Below, in pieces: positions 9,432 through 19,088 of a stretch of DNA of 47,476 bases. The position numbers and the translations under genes are program-made. Within the stretch, counting starts at the first letter, position 1. Each line of letters begins with the position of its first letter. Source of the DNA: Deltaproteobacteria bacterium (GTDB lineage Bacteria; Myxococcota; JACRCW01); NCBI GenBank assembly GCA_016218805.1, contig JACRCW010000090.1, forward strand, positions 1-47,476, in the 5' to 3' direction. Under the pieces are notes generated by a model. It was given only the letters and a program-made list of their open reading frames with translations. It was not told where the DNA came from and made no database searches.

Positions 9432-12296
9432 TCAGTGCTGCAGGTACACGCCCAGCAGCGCAGTCATCCCATCCCGCGGGAGCAGTTCCTTGACGCGGTC
9501 CGGACGCGGCACATCATCCCGGTAGTCCTGGTCCAGCGCGTTGTAGAGGTTACCCTCCAGCCCAAACCAGCCCAGGATGGGGCGCGTGCGGAATCCCGCG
9601 TTGACGACGACGTACGCGGGAATGCGGAACACGCGCAGGCGTTCCAGCGTGGAGCGCACGTTGTTGCGGCGCTCCGCACCCAGCCGCAGGTCCGCATGCA
9701 GGTCCACCAGTTCAAACAACTCCACGCTGGCCCCCACGTTGGCGCGGGCCTGCGGGACCACCGTCAGGTAGCTGATGTCCGTCTTCTCCGGCGTGTTGGG
9801 GAAGCCGCGGACGGAGTCCACGTACGTGAGCGGCCGCAACCAATCCAGCCGCGGCGCCGCCTGCGGGTCCGGCTCCACAAACCAGCCGCGGAACCAGGAC
9901 ACGTTGGCGTAGACGTACGTGCGCGGGGCGAACTCGATGCGGCCCTCACCCTCCACGCCGGTGATGTGCCGGAACCCGCGGTTGGCAATCTCCTCCTGCG
10001 TGCCACTCTGATCAATGCGGTCAATGCTGTTGCCGATGAACGAGTAGAACCCGTTGGCCGCCACGCGGTAGCGGAACGCGCCCAGCGTGGTGGCATAGTC
10101 CGCACCCATCTCCGCGGTGTGGATGTACTCGGGCTCCAGGCGCGTGCTGCCCTTGAACACCCCCGGCGAGAAGTCCGCGTACGATGACGAGGTCTGGTCG
10201 TACTTCTCCTCGAACGTGGGCGCGCGGAACGCTGCGCCGTACAGCGCCTTGAACGCGAGATCGTCGATGGGTTCGAACACCACGGCGGCGCGGGGCGTGA
10301 TGTGCGTGCGCGGGTCCCACGGAATGGCGTGCCAGGGGTCCGCACGGAAGCCCTCGGCCCAACGCGCACCGTTCTTGTAGCTGTCCGCCACAAAGTCGTG
10401 GATTGTGTTCACCCGCATGCCCACGGTGGCAAACAACCGGTCGGTCACGCGCCATTCATCCTGCGCAAACGCGGCCGCGGTGATGCGCCAGGCGCCGTCC
10501 TGCGGCTGCGCAATGTCCTGTGGGCGCACCAGCGAGTCCAGGTACGCGCCCTTGCCGTCACGGTTGAGCGTGAAGCGGTAGAACGGCATGGCGTCCAGTT
10601 CCAGCTGCACCCCCGTGGCCAGGCGGTGCCGGAACAACGCGGGCAGCACCAGCCGGCCCTCCGCCCCCAGCGCGTTGGTCAGGTACGTGGTCCGCGCCAG
10701 CACGCCCTGCGGAAACACTTCGCGCTGGCCGTCACCATTGCGGTCATTGGTGGAGAACCCGTCCGGGCTGAACTGCAGCCGGCGGTCCACCATGTGACCG
10801 TCCGCGTACAGCCGGCCCAGCACCTCTCCGCCGTCACCAAACGGTTGCGCGTAGCCCGTGTCCAGCGTGCCCAGGATCCACGCCAGCTGGCTGCGCGGGC
10901 CCAGCGTGTCATACACGCCAAAGTACGGGCCGCGGTCTTCGTACTGGAAGAACGTGCGCGCAAAGCCGTGACCGCCGCGGAGGAACGGCGGGGCGTAGTC
11001 CACCTTGCCGCTGAACGCCGCGCGCGCTTCGCGCGAGTCCGTCTGCATCGTCAACGGATCCCGCAGCAGCCCCGTGTCCGAGGCGGCATCCGTGGCCACC
11101 AGGCTCCGCTGCCCCCGGCTCACGCGCGCGTAACCGGATCCAAACGCGCGCAGTCCAAACCGGTTCACGCCGCCCGACAGGCTGGCCTCCGGCGCGAACA
11201 GGCCCGCCGCGCCCAGGTCGTTCTCGACGAGAATGTCGCCGCGGTGCGCCGGGTCATACAGCTTGACATTGTCCGCGCGGGGCAGGCCGTACCGCCCGTC
11301 CGTGAACAACGCCGGGGAGGGTTTGAGCAGGCTCATCCCGGCGCGCGCGCGCACAAACTCGTGCTCACGCGTGACAACGTTGACCACGCCCAGGAACGCG
11401 CCGGTGCCGTACAGCGCGCTGCCGGGGCCGCGGATCACCTCCACCCGCTCGATGATGTCCGCCGGCACCGCCCAAGGGTTGCGCCCGTCGTAAAGATTGG
11501 CGACGCGGTGGCCGTCCACCAGCAGCAGGATCTCCGGGTCGGTGCGGATGCCACGGATGGAGACCTCGTCAAACCCAAAGATGGAGCGGCTGACCTCAAA
11601 GCCCGGCACCTCCTTGAGGATGTCCAGCAGAGACCGCGCGCCTGATTCTTCAATGCGCGCGCGCGAGATGACCGTGATGATCGCGGGCGCGGTTCGGACG
11701 CTCTGCGCGTACGTGGCCGCAATGGCTGTGGCGTCCTCGGCGGCAAAGACCCGGAAATCCTCCGCCAGTGCGGTGGTGCTGGTGGCCGACACGTCCTCCA
11801 CGCGCAGGTCCGCCGCCTGCGGGCGCGTGCGGCGCAATGACGTGCCGCCCAGCGTGCTGCCACCTGCGCGTTCACCCGTGCGCAGTTCGCGCTCCTCCGC
11901 GGTTTCCAGCGGGTTCACCTCCTGCGGTGCCGCCGTCACCACGGGAAGGATCACCGGCTCATGGTTGCTTCCCAGGACGGGCGCGGCCTTGCCGCTCTTC
12001 AGCTGCGCCACCACAAAGTACTCAAGCCCCGGCGTGGCAACGTCATTGCCGTCAATATGGGCCTCCCACGTGTCCGTCTTCTCGTCCACCAGCACCAGGT
12101 CCACGGGCGCAAAGACCGCCTCGCCCTGCAGGCGCAACCTTACGCGCGCGCGCTGCACCTGGCCGGGAGGCTCAAACCGCCCCTTGAGGACCAGCGGCTG
12201 GCCCTGCACCGCTTCCACCGGTTCCGGCACAAACCGGACTTCCGCAGCCAGCGCGGGGAGCGCGCACAGTGCGACGAGGGCGGGCAGCGGGCTCAC
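9432..12296 (-). CDS. TonB-dependent outer-membrane receptor with N-terminal extension (954 aa)
   Basis: Signal peptide. Plug motifs APAIITVISRARIEESGARSLLDILKEVPG and IERVEVIRGPGSALYG. Barrel end NALDQDY...GVYLQH. Confidence 0.92.
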   Translation of the reverse strand: MSPLPALVALCALPALAAEVRFVPEPVEAVQGQPLVLKGRFEPPGQVQRARVRLRLQGEAVFAPVDLVLVDEKTDTWEAHIDGNDVATPGLEYFVVAQLKSGKAAPVLGSNHEPVILPVVTAAPQEVNPLETAEERELRTGERAGGSTLGGTSLRRTRPQAADLRVEDVSATSTTALAEDFRVFAAEDATAIAATYAQSVRTAPAIITVISRARIEESGARSLLDILKEVPGFEVSRSIFGFDEVSIRGIRTDPEILLLVDGHRVANLYDGRNPWAVPADIIERVEVIRGPGSALYGTGAFLGVVNVVTREHEFVRARAGMSLLKPSPALFTDGRYGLPRADNVKLYDPAHRGDILVENDLGAAGLFAPEASLSGGVNRFGLRAFGSGYARVSRGQRSLVATDAASDTGLLRDPLTMQTDSREARAAFSGKVDYAPPFLRGGHGFARTFFQYEDRGPYFGVYDTLGPRSQLAWILGTLDTGYAQPFGDGGEVLGRLYADGHMVDRRLQFSPDGFSTNDRNGDGQREVFPQGVLARTTYLTNALGAEGRLVLPALFRHRLATGVQLELDAMPFYRFTLNRDGKGAYLDSLVRPQDIAQPQDGAWRITAAAFAQDEWRVTDRLFATVGMRVNTIHDFVADSYKNGARWAEGFRADPWHAIPWDPRTHITPRAAVVFEPIDDLAFKALYGAAFRAPTFEEKYDQTSSSYADFSPGVFKGSTRLEPEYIHTAEMGADYATTLGAFRYRVAANGFYSFIGNSIDRIDQSGTQEEIANRGFRHITGVEGEGRIEFAPRTYVYANVSWFRGWFVEPDPQAAPRLDWLRPLTYVDSVRGFPNTPEKTDISYLTVVPQARANVGASVELFELVDLHADLRLGAERRNNVRSTLERLRVFRIPAYVVVNAGFRTRPILGWFGLEGNLYNALDQDYRDDVPRPDRVKELLPRDGMTALLGVYLQH

Positions 12297-12353
12297 GCCC
12301 GGACACTTAGCGCGCCGGGACCGTCACGGGGAAGCCCAGCGCCTCCGCCATGT

Positions 12354-13847
12354 TCAGCCGCGGAAATGGAACACGCCGTCAATCCGGTAGTTGGAGTGGC
12401 CCATGGTCACGCGCTGGGAGCCGTCCGCGTTGACGTTGTTGGAGCCAATGAACAGCGGGCGGTGATGGCTGTCCCATCCCGCGAACATCACGACGTGACC
12501 CCAGCTGTGTGACGTATGGAACATCACGACGTCACCAGGCTTGGCGCCGGCCAGCGTGCGCTGCTCCTTCCAGTCCCGGTCCCGCCGCAGGTTGTCGCGC
12601 AGGCCCCTCACCGCGTCGTGGTGCTGGCCGTTGGTGATCATGCCCGCCTTCTCCAGCACCGCACTGACGAAGTTGGCGCAATTCACGTTGTTGGGAACCC
12701 AGTCGTTCATGTCCCGCGCCAGAGGGCCGTGGTACTTGATGTCGCCCGCGTTGCGTCCCAGCACGCTCTTGGCAATGCGCAGCGCGTCCTGCCCCTTGCC
12801 GCCGTCGGCCGCGCGTTCCATCGCCTTGAGTTCGCGCGCGTCAATGCTGCCGTCCCGCCCGTGGCCGTGGTGCTTGTGCTCAAACTTCTTCGCCGCGGCC
12901 AGCGTGCGCGAATCAAACAGCCCGTCCACCTTCCCCGGCTTGAAGCCCAGCTCCTGGAGCGCGCGCTCGGCGCGCAGCACGTCGTGGGAGCGCTCGCCCA
13001 CCGTCATGGGCGCGGACTTGGCCTGGATGGAGCCGGACAGCTTGTTCCACGTCTGGGCATCCACGCGGCCGCTCACCGGCAGGTGACTGCGCCGCTGGAA
13101 CGCTTTGACCGCCGCCGCCGTGCGCTCATCAAACACGCCGTTGGTGTGCTGCGGGTCATATCCCGCCGCCTTGAGGTGCGCCTGGATGTTCTTTGTTGCC
13201 CGGCCGTGGTTGCCGACGCCAACGCCGGTGGTGCCGTCAGGATTGTCACGCCCCGCTGCGGCGGCGGTGGCGGCGTCCAGGCGGCGGTGTGCGCGCGTGA
13301 TCTTGCTGCGGCGGTGTTCCGGCGCGTGGTCCAGCGCGCGCGCCTCGCGGGCCAGCACCGCCTCTGCGCCGTGGCGGCGCATCCCGGTGGCGGTCTTGTT
13401 GTGCAGCTCCGGCTGGTCCGCGCGGAACGCCCGCACGGCGCGCGCGGTGTCGGCGTCATAGATGCCGTCCACCCGCCCAACGTCGTAGCCCAGCTTGCGC
13501 AGGCGCTGCTCGTCGGTGCGGATCCGGTCGGACTTCTGACCGATGCCCACGTACTGGTCACCCTGCGCCCGGATCCGGCCCTGCACCTTCTTGAGTCGGT
13601 CAAACGTCCGGGTGTCCAGCGACCCGGTGGACGGCAGGCCCACGGCGGATTGGAACTGCCGCAGCGCCTCCGCGGTGGACGCCGTGAACTTGTTGTCCAC
13701 GACGCCGGGGCTGAAGCCCGCCAGCCGCAGCATGCGTTCCACCACCTTCACGGCGGGCTCCTGGGCGCCGGCGGCAAGCGGGCCGTCCTGCAGGGTGGCG
13801 TCAACGGTGCGGTTGGAGCGGGCGTCTGAGCGGGTGATGGCGTTCAC
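12354..13847 (-). CDS. Peptidoglycan-binding protein (four PG_binding_1-like repeats) with C-terminal NlpC/P60/CHAP-like amidase domain (497 aa)
   Basis: Four L-x-x-x-G-[FY]-x-x-x-x-x-[DN]-x-x-[FY]...T-x-x-A units. C-terminal NCANFVS...PGDVV...WGHV Cys-His dyad. GTG 13847 with AGGAGG RBS. Confidence 0.88.
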   Translation of the reverse strand: MNAITRSDARSNRTVDATLQDGPLAAGAQEPAVKVVERMLRLAGFSPGVVDNKFTASTAEALRQFQSAVGLPSTGSLDTRTFDRLKKVQGRIRAQGDQYVGIGQKSDRIRTDEQRLRKLGYDVGRVDGIYDADTARAVRAFRADQPELHNKTATGMRRHGAEAVLAREARALDHAPEHRRSKITRAHRRLDAATAAAAGRDNPDGTTGVGVGNHGRATKNIQAHLKAAGYDPQHTNGVFDERTAAAVKAFQRRSHLPVSGRVDAQTWNKLSGSIQAKSAPMTVGERSHDVLRAERALQELGFKPGKVDGLFDSRTLAAAKKFEHKHHGHGRDGSIDARELKAMERAADGGKGQDALRIAKSVLGRNAGDIKYHGPLARDMNDWVPNNVNCANFVSAVLEKAGMITNGQHHDAVRGLRDNLRRDRDWKEQRTLAGAKPGDVVMFHTSHSWGHVVMFAGWDSHHRPLFIGSNNVNADGSQRVTMGHSNYRIDGVFHFRG

Positions 13848-13971
13848 GGGAGACCTCCTGCGTACGCGTACATTCTCCGCAGGATCGGCAAATGGTTGTG
13901 ACCGTCGACGGGTGGACGGACAGCGGGAGGATACGCCGTCGACGTCCTCCTCCTGTCGGATACGCCCGCCT

Positions 13972-14745
13972 TCAGGGGCAGGGCACCTGCTCCCACGACC
14001 CGTCGTAGTCAAAGTCGAGGATGATGGTGCCGTTGGCGCAGGACAGGCTGCCCGCCTCGCAGCACGTGCTGGTGTCGACGACGAATGTCACGCCATCATC
14101 CATCAGCGCGGGGAACGACGCCGGCTTGGGCACCACCCAGCCCCACCCGTAGGTGGCGTGCGGCCCCATGCTGCTGACGTCAATGCTCGCGGGTCCGAGG
14201 GTGGCCTGCGGGCACTGGACCACGGCCGGCACCATGCACCCGACGGGCGGAGGTCCGGACGAGCTCGCCGCTGCACTGCTGGTCCCGCTGCTGCCTGGGG
14301 GAAACGCGGAGGACGGGCGTGCGGTGCTGGTTCCCGTGGAGCCCGTTGCAGCGGAGGCCGGGACCGAGCTGGCCCATGATGCGCCGGCGTCCGAGGTGGC
14401 GTGCGCGCTGGACGGGACCGATGACGCGGTTGCCGCGCTGGACGGTGCGCGCGAGGTGGCGGCGGCGGATGAGACGGGCGGCGCGCTTGTGCTGCCGCGG
14501 CTGGCGGACCCGGAAGCGGAAGGTGCGGATGACGATGCCGCAACACCGGCGTCGGCGGCAGATGATTCCGACGGGAGGCATACGCCGTCAGCGCAGCGTT
14601 CTTGCATGCGGCAGTCCCGGCTGGAGTTGCAGGTGAACACGCACTTGCCGTCCACGCGGACCTGGTCACCCGCACACGGGGCACAACCGGTGAAGCCGGG
14701 CCCTATCAGGGCGCATACAACGGCAACCACCGTCCGCGGGTTCAT
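13972..14745 (-). CDS. Cys-rich lipoprotein with Ser/Ala-rich linker (257 aa)
   Basis: Signal peptide ending in FTGC, Cys-rich N-terminal module (CNSSRDCRMQERCADGVC), low-complexity linker and small Cys-containing C-terminal domain. Confidence 0.65.
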   Translation of the reverse strand: MNPRTVVAVVCALIGPGFTGCAPCAGDQVRVDGKCVFTCNSSRDCRMQERCADGVCLPSESSAADAGVAASSSAPSASGSASRGSTSAPPVSSAAATSRAPSSAATASSVPSSAHATSDAGASWASSVPASAATGSTGTSTARPSSAFPPGSSGTSSAAASSSGPPPVGCMVPAVVQCPQATLGPASIDVSSMGPHATYGWGWVVPKPASFPALMDDGVTFVVDTSTCCEAGSLSCANGTIILDFDYDGSWEQVPCP

Positions 14746-14799
14746 GCCCTGCACGGTGGCGCGCGCATCCGGTGAGGGCAAGCCGTCCGCACAGCCCGG

Positions 14800-17700
14800 T
14801 CACCGCGGGCCCGCCGCCAGCGCGCCGTTTGCGTCCCGCCACGTGGCGGACAGGAACCGCAGCGCGAACCGGATTTCATCCGTCTGCGCCACCAGGGGAC
14901 GCCCGCCCCCGACGGGCTCCGCCTCCGCCGCGTCCATCTGCGCCTTCACACGCGCCAGCAGACGCGCGGCACCCGCATGGTCCCCGCGCGCGTGCGCCCG
15001 GCGCGCTTCCGCCACCTCCAGGTGCGCCGCGTGCAGGTCCAGCGCCGCCAGGAACAGCGGGTCCTCGGCCGCGGCCAGCAGGCTGCGCGCCTCGTCCAGC
15101 GACCGCCGCGCATCCTCGAACCTGCCCTGCACCGCCTCCACCGCCCCCAGGTTGCCGAGGAATATCCCCTCGTAGCGACGGTCGTTGGCCTCACGCAGGA
15201 CGGCCACGGCTTTCAGGAACTGGCTGCGCGCACGGTCAAGGCGGCCCTGGTTCTCGTACAGGATGCCCAGGTAGCCAAGCATGATTCCTTGCAGGCGCAG
15301 GTCTTCCACCTCGCGGAAGATGGCGTAGGCCTTTTCGTAATACGTACGCGCCGGGGCGAGCTTCGCCCACTCGTGGTTGAGGATCCCCAGGTAGCCGGTG
15401 ACGCTGCCCTCGCCGCGGCGGTCACCGCACTCGCGGAACATCGCCAGCGCACGCTCGTAGTGGTCGTGCGCCTCGGCCAGCCGGCGCTCGTCATGCAGCA
15501 TCCCGCCGAGCTGTTGCAGCGCGCGCGCTGCGCCGCCCGTCCCGCCGATATCGCGGAAGATGGCCAGTGACTGATCATGCAACGGCCGGGCCTCGTCCTT
15601 GGCCCCACGGTCCTGCGCCAGCTTTCCCAGCTCGTCGAGCGCCACCGCCTCCGCACGACGATCGCCCGCCTTGCGGGCCAGGGCCACCGCCGCATCGCCG
15701 TCCGCGCGCGCCTCCGCGAGCCTCCCACGTGCGTGGCGGGCGCGCGCCCGCGCGTCCAGGACGCGCGCGTGCAGTGACGGGTCCGCGGCCACGCGGGCCG
15801 CGGCCGCCAGCGTGTCATCCAGCAGCGCCAGGTGCGTGGCAAACGGGCCGCGCGTGGAGAGGACCGGCTGCAGCACCAGCAACGCCCGGAGCGCCCGCCC
15901 CACGGCCTCCTTTGACGACGGCGCCTCCTTCATCGCCCGGGCGTGCACAGCCAGCAGGTTCTCCTGTTCCCCGGCCAGGCGCTTGAGGCGCTCCATGCCA
16001 CCGTGCCCGTCAACACCTTCCGCCCACGCCTCACCCGCGCGCAGGTAGTACTCCGCGTGGCGGCCCGGCACCGTCGCCGCTTCCGGCAGCGCGGCCAGCT
16101 TCTCGTGTGCGTATTCGCGAATGGACACGTACAGGGAGAAGCGCATCTCGCCGGGGAAATGGCGTGATTCCACCGCGCGCAGCAGAGACTTGTCGCGCAG
16201 GGCCTCCAGCACGTCCAGGACCCACGGTGAACCCGGGAACCGCTCCAGAGAGACCACCTCTTCGGCCGCCTCCAGTGAGAAGTCACCGCGGAACACGGAG
16301 CACATGCCCAGCGCGGCCTGTTCGTGCGGCTGCAGCAGTTTCCATGACCAGTCTATGGCCCCGCGCAGCGTGGACCGCGACGACGAGCCATCCCGTTTTC
16401 CGCCCGTCAACAGGTCAAACCGCCGCGGCAGGCGTTCCAGGAGCTTCTGCGCGCTCAGCACACCCATGCGCGCCGCGGCCAGTTCAATGGCCAGCGGGAT
16501 TCCGTCCAGTTCGCGGACAATCTGCGCCACCAGCGGCTTCTCCGCCGGGGTCAGCACAAACCCCTGCCGCACCGCGCGTGCGCGCTCAACGAACAGCTTC
16601 ACCGCCTCGCTCTGGTCGGCGTCCTCGTCACGCTCAGGCAGCGCCAGGGGACCCAGGTGCCACGGTTGTTCCTGCGGCAGGTGCAGCGGCTCGCGGCTGC
16701 TCACCAGGAACTCCGCGCGCGGCGCCAACGCCAGCCACCGCCCCACGCTGCCGGCCCCGTGCTGGACCACCTGGTCAAAGTTCTCCAGCACAACCAGCAA
16801 CCGCCCGCGGCGAGCCAGCGCGGCCCCCAACTGGTCCACCACGTCCGCCACGGTGCGCCCCGCGGTGAGCGGAATCTCCAGGCCCCGCCCCACGGCGGCG
16901 CACACCTGCTCAAGGTTGGTGGCGTCGGAAAGATCGCACAGCCAGGCGCCACCCAGCGCGTCGTAGTCGGACCGGTGCAGTGACGCGTACTGCAGACACA
17001 GGCGCGACTTGCCGATGCCACCCGGTCCCAGCACCGTGACCACGCGCTTCCCCTGCGCCAGGAATCCGCCCAGCGCCTGCAGGTCGTTGTCACGGCCCAC
17101 AAAGCCCCCGTCGACGGGCGGGACATTTCCGCGCCGCACGTCCACCACCGTGTCCTGGCCTGGTTCGGACGCTGACACCGACCCGCCACCCGTGCCTGTC
17201 CCGGTAGCGGCGGTGGCGGCGACGGCGCGATCAGACTTGGTGCGCTGACCCTCGTCTACGGACACCTGCGAGGCCATGGTTGCCGCCGCCATGGTGGCCG
17301 GGTCCGCGGCGAGCGCGTCCGCGAACAGCGCGCGCATCCACGCGCCCAGCCGCGCGGGCGAATGCGGGACACCATGACGGGCCAGCCATTCCTCCAGCGC
17401 GCCGCCAAGGTCCTCGCAGTCGCGGAAGCGGTCCTCGCGGCGCGGGGAGAGCGCCTTCATCACCACCGGGTCCAGGTCACGCGGGAAACCAGGGACCACG
17501 CTGGAGGGACGCGGAACGCGGCACTCCATGATCGCGTGCAGCGCGAGAATGTCACTGTCGCGCTTGAACAGCCGCTGCATGGTGCACAACTCCCACAGCA
17601 CAATGCCCAGGGCGAACTGGTCACTCCGCGCGTCGACGGGCTGCCCACCGGCCTGCTCGGGGCTCATGTAGCTGTACTTGCCCTTGAGCACGCCGGTGGC

Positions 17701-18234
17701 CGTGTCCTCCGTCTGCACGGCGGCTTTGGCCACGCCAAAGTCCACAATCTTGGTGACGCCGTCATAGGTGACAATGAGGTTGTGGGGCGAGATGTCGCGG
17801 TGGACGATCCCCAGTGGCCGCCCGTGCAGGTCCGCTTTGACGTGCGCGTGCTGCAGCCCGGCAGCAGCGTCGACGATGATCCCCAGCGCGTGCGCGAGCG
17901 GGATGCTGCCCCCCTGTTCGGCCACCCGCACCAGGATCCGGCGCGCGTCCTGTCCATGCAGGAACTCCATCGCCATGAAATACGTGCCGCCGTCTTCGCC
18001 CACCTCGTGGATGGAGACCACGTTGGGATGCCGCAGGTCCGCGGCGGTGCGCGCCTCATCCAGGAACATCTGCTCAAACGCGGGATTGTGCGCAATGTGC
18101 GGCAGGATCCGCTTGACCACGACGAGTTTCTCAAACCCGCGGATGCCCGTCTGCCGCGCGAGGAACACCTCCGCCATGCCGCCCTGGGCGATGCGGTGGA
18201 TCAATTCGTACTTGCCGGCGAGCAGCGTGGCCAT
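14800..18234 (-). CDS. Ser/Thr protein kinase fused to STAND-type P-loop ATPase and TPR repeats (1144 aa)
   Basis: Kinase: AQGGMAEV, VVVKR, HRDISPHN, DFG, KGKYSYMSPEQ. ATPase: FVGR, GPGGIGKS, LLVVLEN, LDGIPLAIELAA. C-terminal ALA.FR..GDRR.E TPR repeats. Confidence 0.93.
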   Translation of the reverse strand: MATLLAGKYELIHRIAQGGMAEVFLARQTGIRGFEKLVVVKRILPHIAHNPAFEQMFLDEARTAADLRHPNVVSIHEVGEDGGTYFMAMEFLHGQDARRILVRVAEQGGSIPLAHALGIIVDAAAGLQHAHVKADLHGRPLGIVHRDISPHNLIVTYDGVTKIVDFGVAKAAVQTEDTATGVLKGKYSYMSPEQAGGQPVDARSDQFALGIVLWELCTMQRLFKRDSDILALHAIMECRVPRPSSVVPGFPRDLDPVVMKALSPRREDRFRDCEDLGGALEEWLARHGVPHSPARLGAWMRALFADALAADPATMAAATMASQVSVDEGQRTKSDRAVAATAATGTGTGGGSVSASEPGQDTVVDVRRGNVPPVDGGFVGRDNDLQALGGFLAQGKRVVTVLGPGGIGKSRLCLQYASLHRSDYDALGGAWLCDLSDATNLEQVCAAVGRGLEIPLTAGRTVADVVDQLGAALARRGRLLVVLENFDQVVQHGAGSVGRWLALAPRAEFLVSSREPLHLPQEQPWHLGPLALPERDEDADQSEAVKLFVERARAVRQGFVLTPAEKPLVAQIVRELDGIPLAIELAAARMGVLSAQKLLERLPRRFDLLTGGKRDGSSSRSTLRGAIDWSWKLLQPHEQAALGMCSVFRGDFSLEAAEEVVSLERFPGSPWVLDVLEALRDKSLLRAVESRHFPGEMRFSLYVSIREYAHEKLAALPEAATVPGRHAEYYLRAGEAWAEGVDGHGGMERLKRLAGEQENLLAVHARAMKEAPSSKEAVGRALRALLVLQPVLSTRGPFATHLALLDDTLAAAARVAADPSLHARVLDARARARHARGRLAEARADGDAAVALARKAGDRRAEAVALDELGKLAQDRGAKDEARPLHDQSLAIFRDIGGTGGAARALQQLGGMLHDERRLAEAHDHYERALAMFRECGDRRGEGSVTGYLGILNHEWAKLAPARTYYEKAYAIFREVEDLRLQGIMLGYLGILYENQGRLDRARSQFLKAVAVLREANDRRYEGIFLGNLGAVEAVQGRFEDARRSLDEARSLLAAAEDPLFLAALDLHAAHLEVAEARRAHARGDHAGAARLLARVKAQMDAAEAEPVGGGRPLVAQTDEIRFALRFLSATWRDANGALAAGPR

Positions 18235-18483
18235 GCCGCCCCACGAATAGCAGGCCCCCCCGCCCGTGCGTGAGCCGCGCGGGTCAAGCCGCGCGCCGGC
18301 GTCCGCAGGCTCCCCGGCGTGCGGCGCTTTGTTGGGGCGCCCGTCCGTTGTCACTCTGTCCGTCCGCGTGTTGACCCTTGAATGCCTGCAGTCTCCGCTT
18401 CCGCTGCGCGGCTTGCGTGGCGGAACGCGCGGCGGTTGGCTTGCACGGTGCCCGGCGTCCGCCGGGCCGCCAAGGAGGACGTG

Positions 18484-18660
18484 ATGGAGAAGTCCACCCA
18501 GGTCCCACTCGTCGCCAGGGAGCTGCGCATACTGGTCCAGTCGCTGACCAACTGCCTGGCCACATGCAAGGTCCACGACAAGAAGCCCGACTCGCCGTGC
18601 GAAGACTGCGACGCGGCGCGCACGCTCCGCACCAAGCTGCAGGCCCTTGCCGGGGCCTGA
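18484..18660 (+). CDS. Small Cys/His-rich hypothetical protein (58 aa)
   Basis: Strong AAGGAGG RBS at 18472-18478 and GC3-rich codons. Sequence MEKSTQ...CLATCKVH...PCEDC... Confidence 0.65.
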   Translation: MEKSTQVPLVARELRILVQSLTNCLATCKVHDKKPDSPCEDCDAARTLRTKLQALAGA

Positions 18661-18797
18661 GCGCCGGCGCCCCGTTTCACGCGCGTTTCACCGGACGCGT
18701 CCCGCGTTTCCTTGCGCGGTTGAAACCGGGCGCACCCTGCACCGCCATGCTGGGTTCACGGGCGGCCGCGCCGGCTGCCCTGAACGGAGCTCATGCC

Positions 18798-19088
18798 ATG
18801 GCACATCCCGTCCTCTCATCCTCCACGCCGGAACCCCACAGCCCCGCGTGGGTGGCGCAGGTCTGGATCTCTTTTGTGCTCAGCGCACTGGCCACGGTGG
18901 CCGGCGTGTACTTCCTGCCGGTGGACGCGTGGATGAAGGGTTACCTGTTGATGGGCGTGCTGTTCACCATGGGCTCCACGCTGTCGCTCGCCAAGACCAC
19001 GCGTGACCTGCACGAGTCCCACAAGCTGACCAGCCGCGTGGAGGAAGCGCGCGTGGAGCGCCTGCTCACGGAGACCGCGCTGAAATGA
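18798..19088 (+). CDS. YiaA/YiaB family two-helix inner membrane protein (96 aa)
   Basis: W-x-x-Q-x-W-I-S-F...GVYFLPVDAWMKGYLLMG...LAKTTRD pattern with two TM helices. Confidence 0.85.
   Translation: MAHPVLSSSTPEPHSPAWVAQVWISFVLSALATVAGVYFLPVDAWMKGYLLMGVLFTMGSTLSLAKTTRDLHESHKLTSRVEEARVERLLTETALK

Noticed and set aside
13848..13971. Short palindromes (CCGTCGACGG) and duplicated GGATACGCC in the intergenic region
   Set aside because: Too short and GC-rich to distinguish from chance without comparative data.
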